In this document: positions 63,243 to 64,000 of the stretch, piece after piece | How positions within the stretch are numbered: position 1 is the first letter of the stretch | Layout: each line of letters starts with the position of its first letter | Origin: Euprymna scolopes | Lineage: Eukaryota | DNA: 64,000 bases | Strand: one strand, 5' to 3' | NCBI GenBank assembly: GCA_053919585.1 | Contig: CM132807.1 | Notes under the pieces: generated by a model | Told to the model about the DNA's origin: nothing | What the model saw: the letters and a program-made list of their open reading frames with translations, nothing else | Databases searched by the model: none | Made by a program: the position numbers and the translations under genes

Positions 63243-63489
63243 TTATTTATTTATTTATTTATTATTATTATTATCGTCAGTTTTTGTTATTATTATTAGT
63301 ACTGTTGTTGTTAAAAGAACATTTCCCCCTATTACTCAACCACGCCAATCATTCACATCCAAAACTCTACTTTGTCCTGTTATACACCTCAAAAGACATT
63401 GCCTCCCTACCTTTTACCGCTCCCTTTATACCCCCCTGTATATCTAATAACAAAGAAAACCTAGTATTATTGCTACATATGATATAACA

Positions 63490-64000
63490 TTTTTTACACA
63501 TGCATCACCACATTATCAAGCCCAAGAGGCCACTCGGGGATAAGGATTTAAGAGTGTACAGTAGAAATTGGACAATATAGTAATCATTAGTAATGGACAT
63601 TCGGTAAATTTGTTAACTTATATGGAACGGCTCATCAAGAACTTGTTTACGTTAGACTTGAAGACAACCATATTGTAGTCAGCCGGAAAGCAGGAAAACG
63701 GAAGAAAATTCCACAGGGGTGCAGTTCTAATGAAGAAGCTTTGTTCATGGAATCTACGTTTAGGTTTAGGCACAGATAAAGAGTGGGGGGAATTATTGAT
63801 AGTGTTTTCAGCTAGATGAGTGTTTCTTGTGAAAATTTGGCGAGGGGGGGACCATAGACTGAAGCTCAGTTGAACACTTTCCATGAAAATAACGATATAT
63901 CAGAGATAAATTCGCAACATCTCTTCTGTGAGATAGAGGTGGCAGGGAAGAGAAAAAGACAACACCTACGAGGCTACGAAGTCTATTTTGAACTCTATCA
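63490..64000 (-). mobile_element. 3' part of another copy of the 126-3041 LINE family, running off the window
   Basis: Near-identical C-terminus (..KFLMSRSI) and 3' UTR, with small indels. Confidence 0.96.

Overview
AT-rich, microsatellite-laden animal (probably invertebrate) genomic DNA with five short N-gaps and no intact host gene that I can support. It is mostly nested transposons: one intact single-ORF CR1-group LINE (126-3041) plus 3' fragments; two Penelope-like elements (Neptune-type on -, Poseidon/Penelope-type on +); two RTE LINEs; one L1/Tx1 LINE; three Tc1/mariner-superfamily relics; solo LTRs; Helitrons, a Helentron-type element and MITEs; and 78-, 46-, 54- and 167-bp tandem repeats. 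Main observations: (1) a CCAAT/TATA promoter followed by a head-to-tail array of a 381-nt hairpin-rich non-coding unit, a deleted copy of it and a full Tx1 LINE, all starting at ACCCCATTATA and sharing one 3' tail; (2) several type I hammerhead ribozymes, including a well-formed U3-A8 core variant; (3) an RTE with three C-terminal C2H2 fingers and a 5' pseudoknot before an ATG-less ORF; (4) satellites built from Helitron 3' termini; (5) a probable decayed cluster of class A GPCR pseudogenes. All calls come from reading the sequence by eye; no searches were run.
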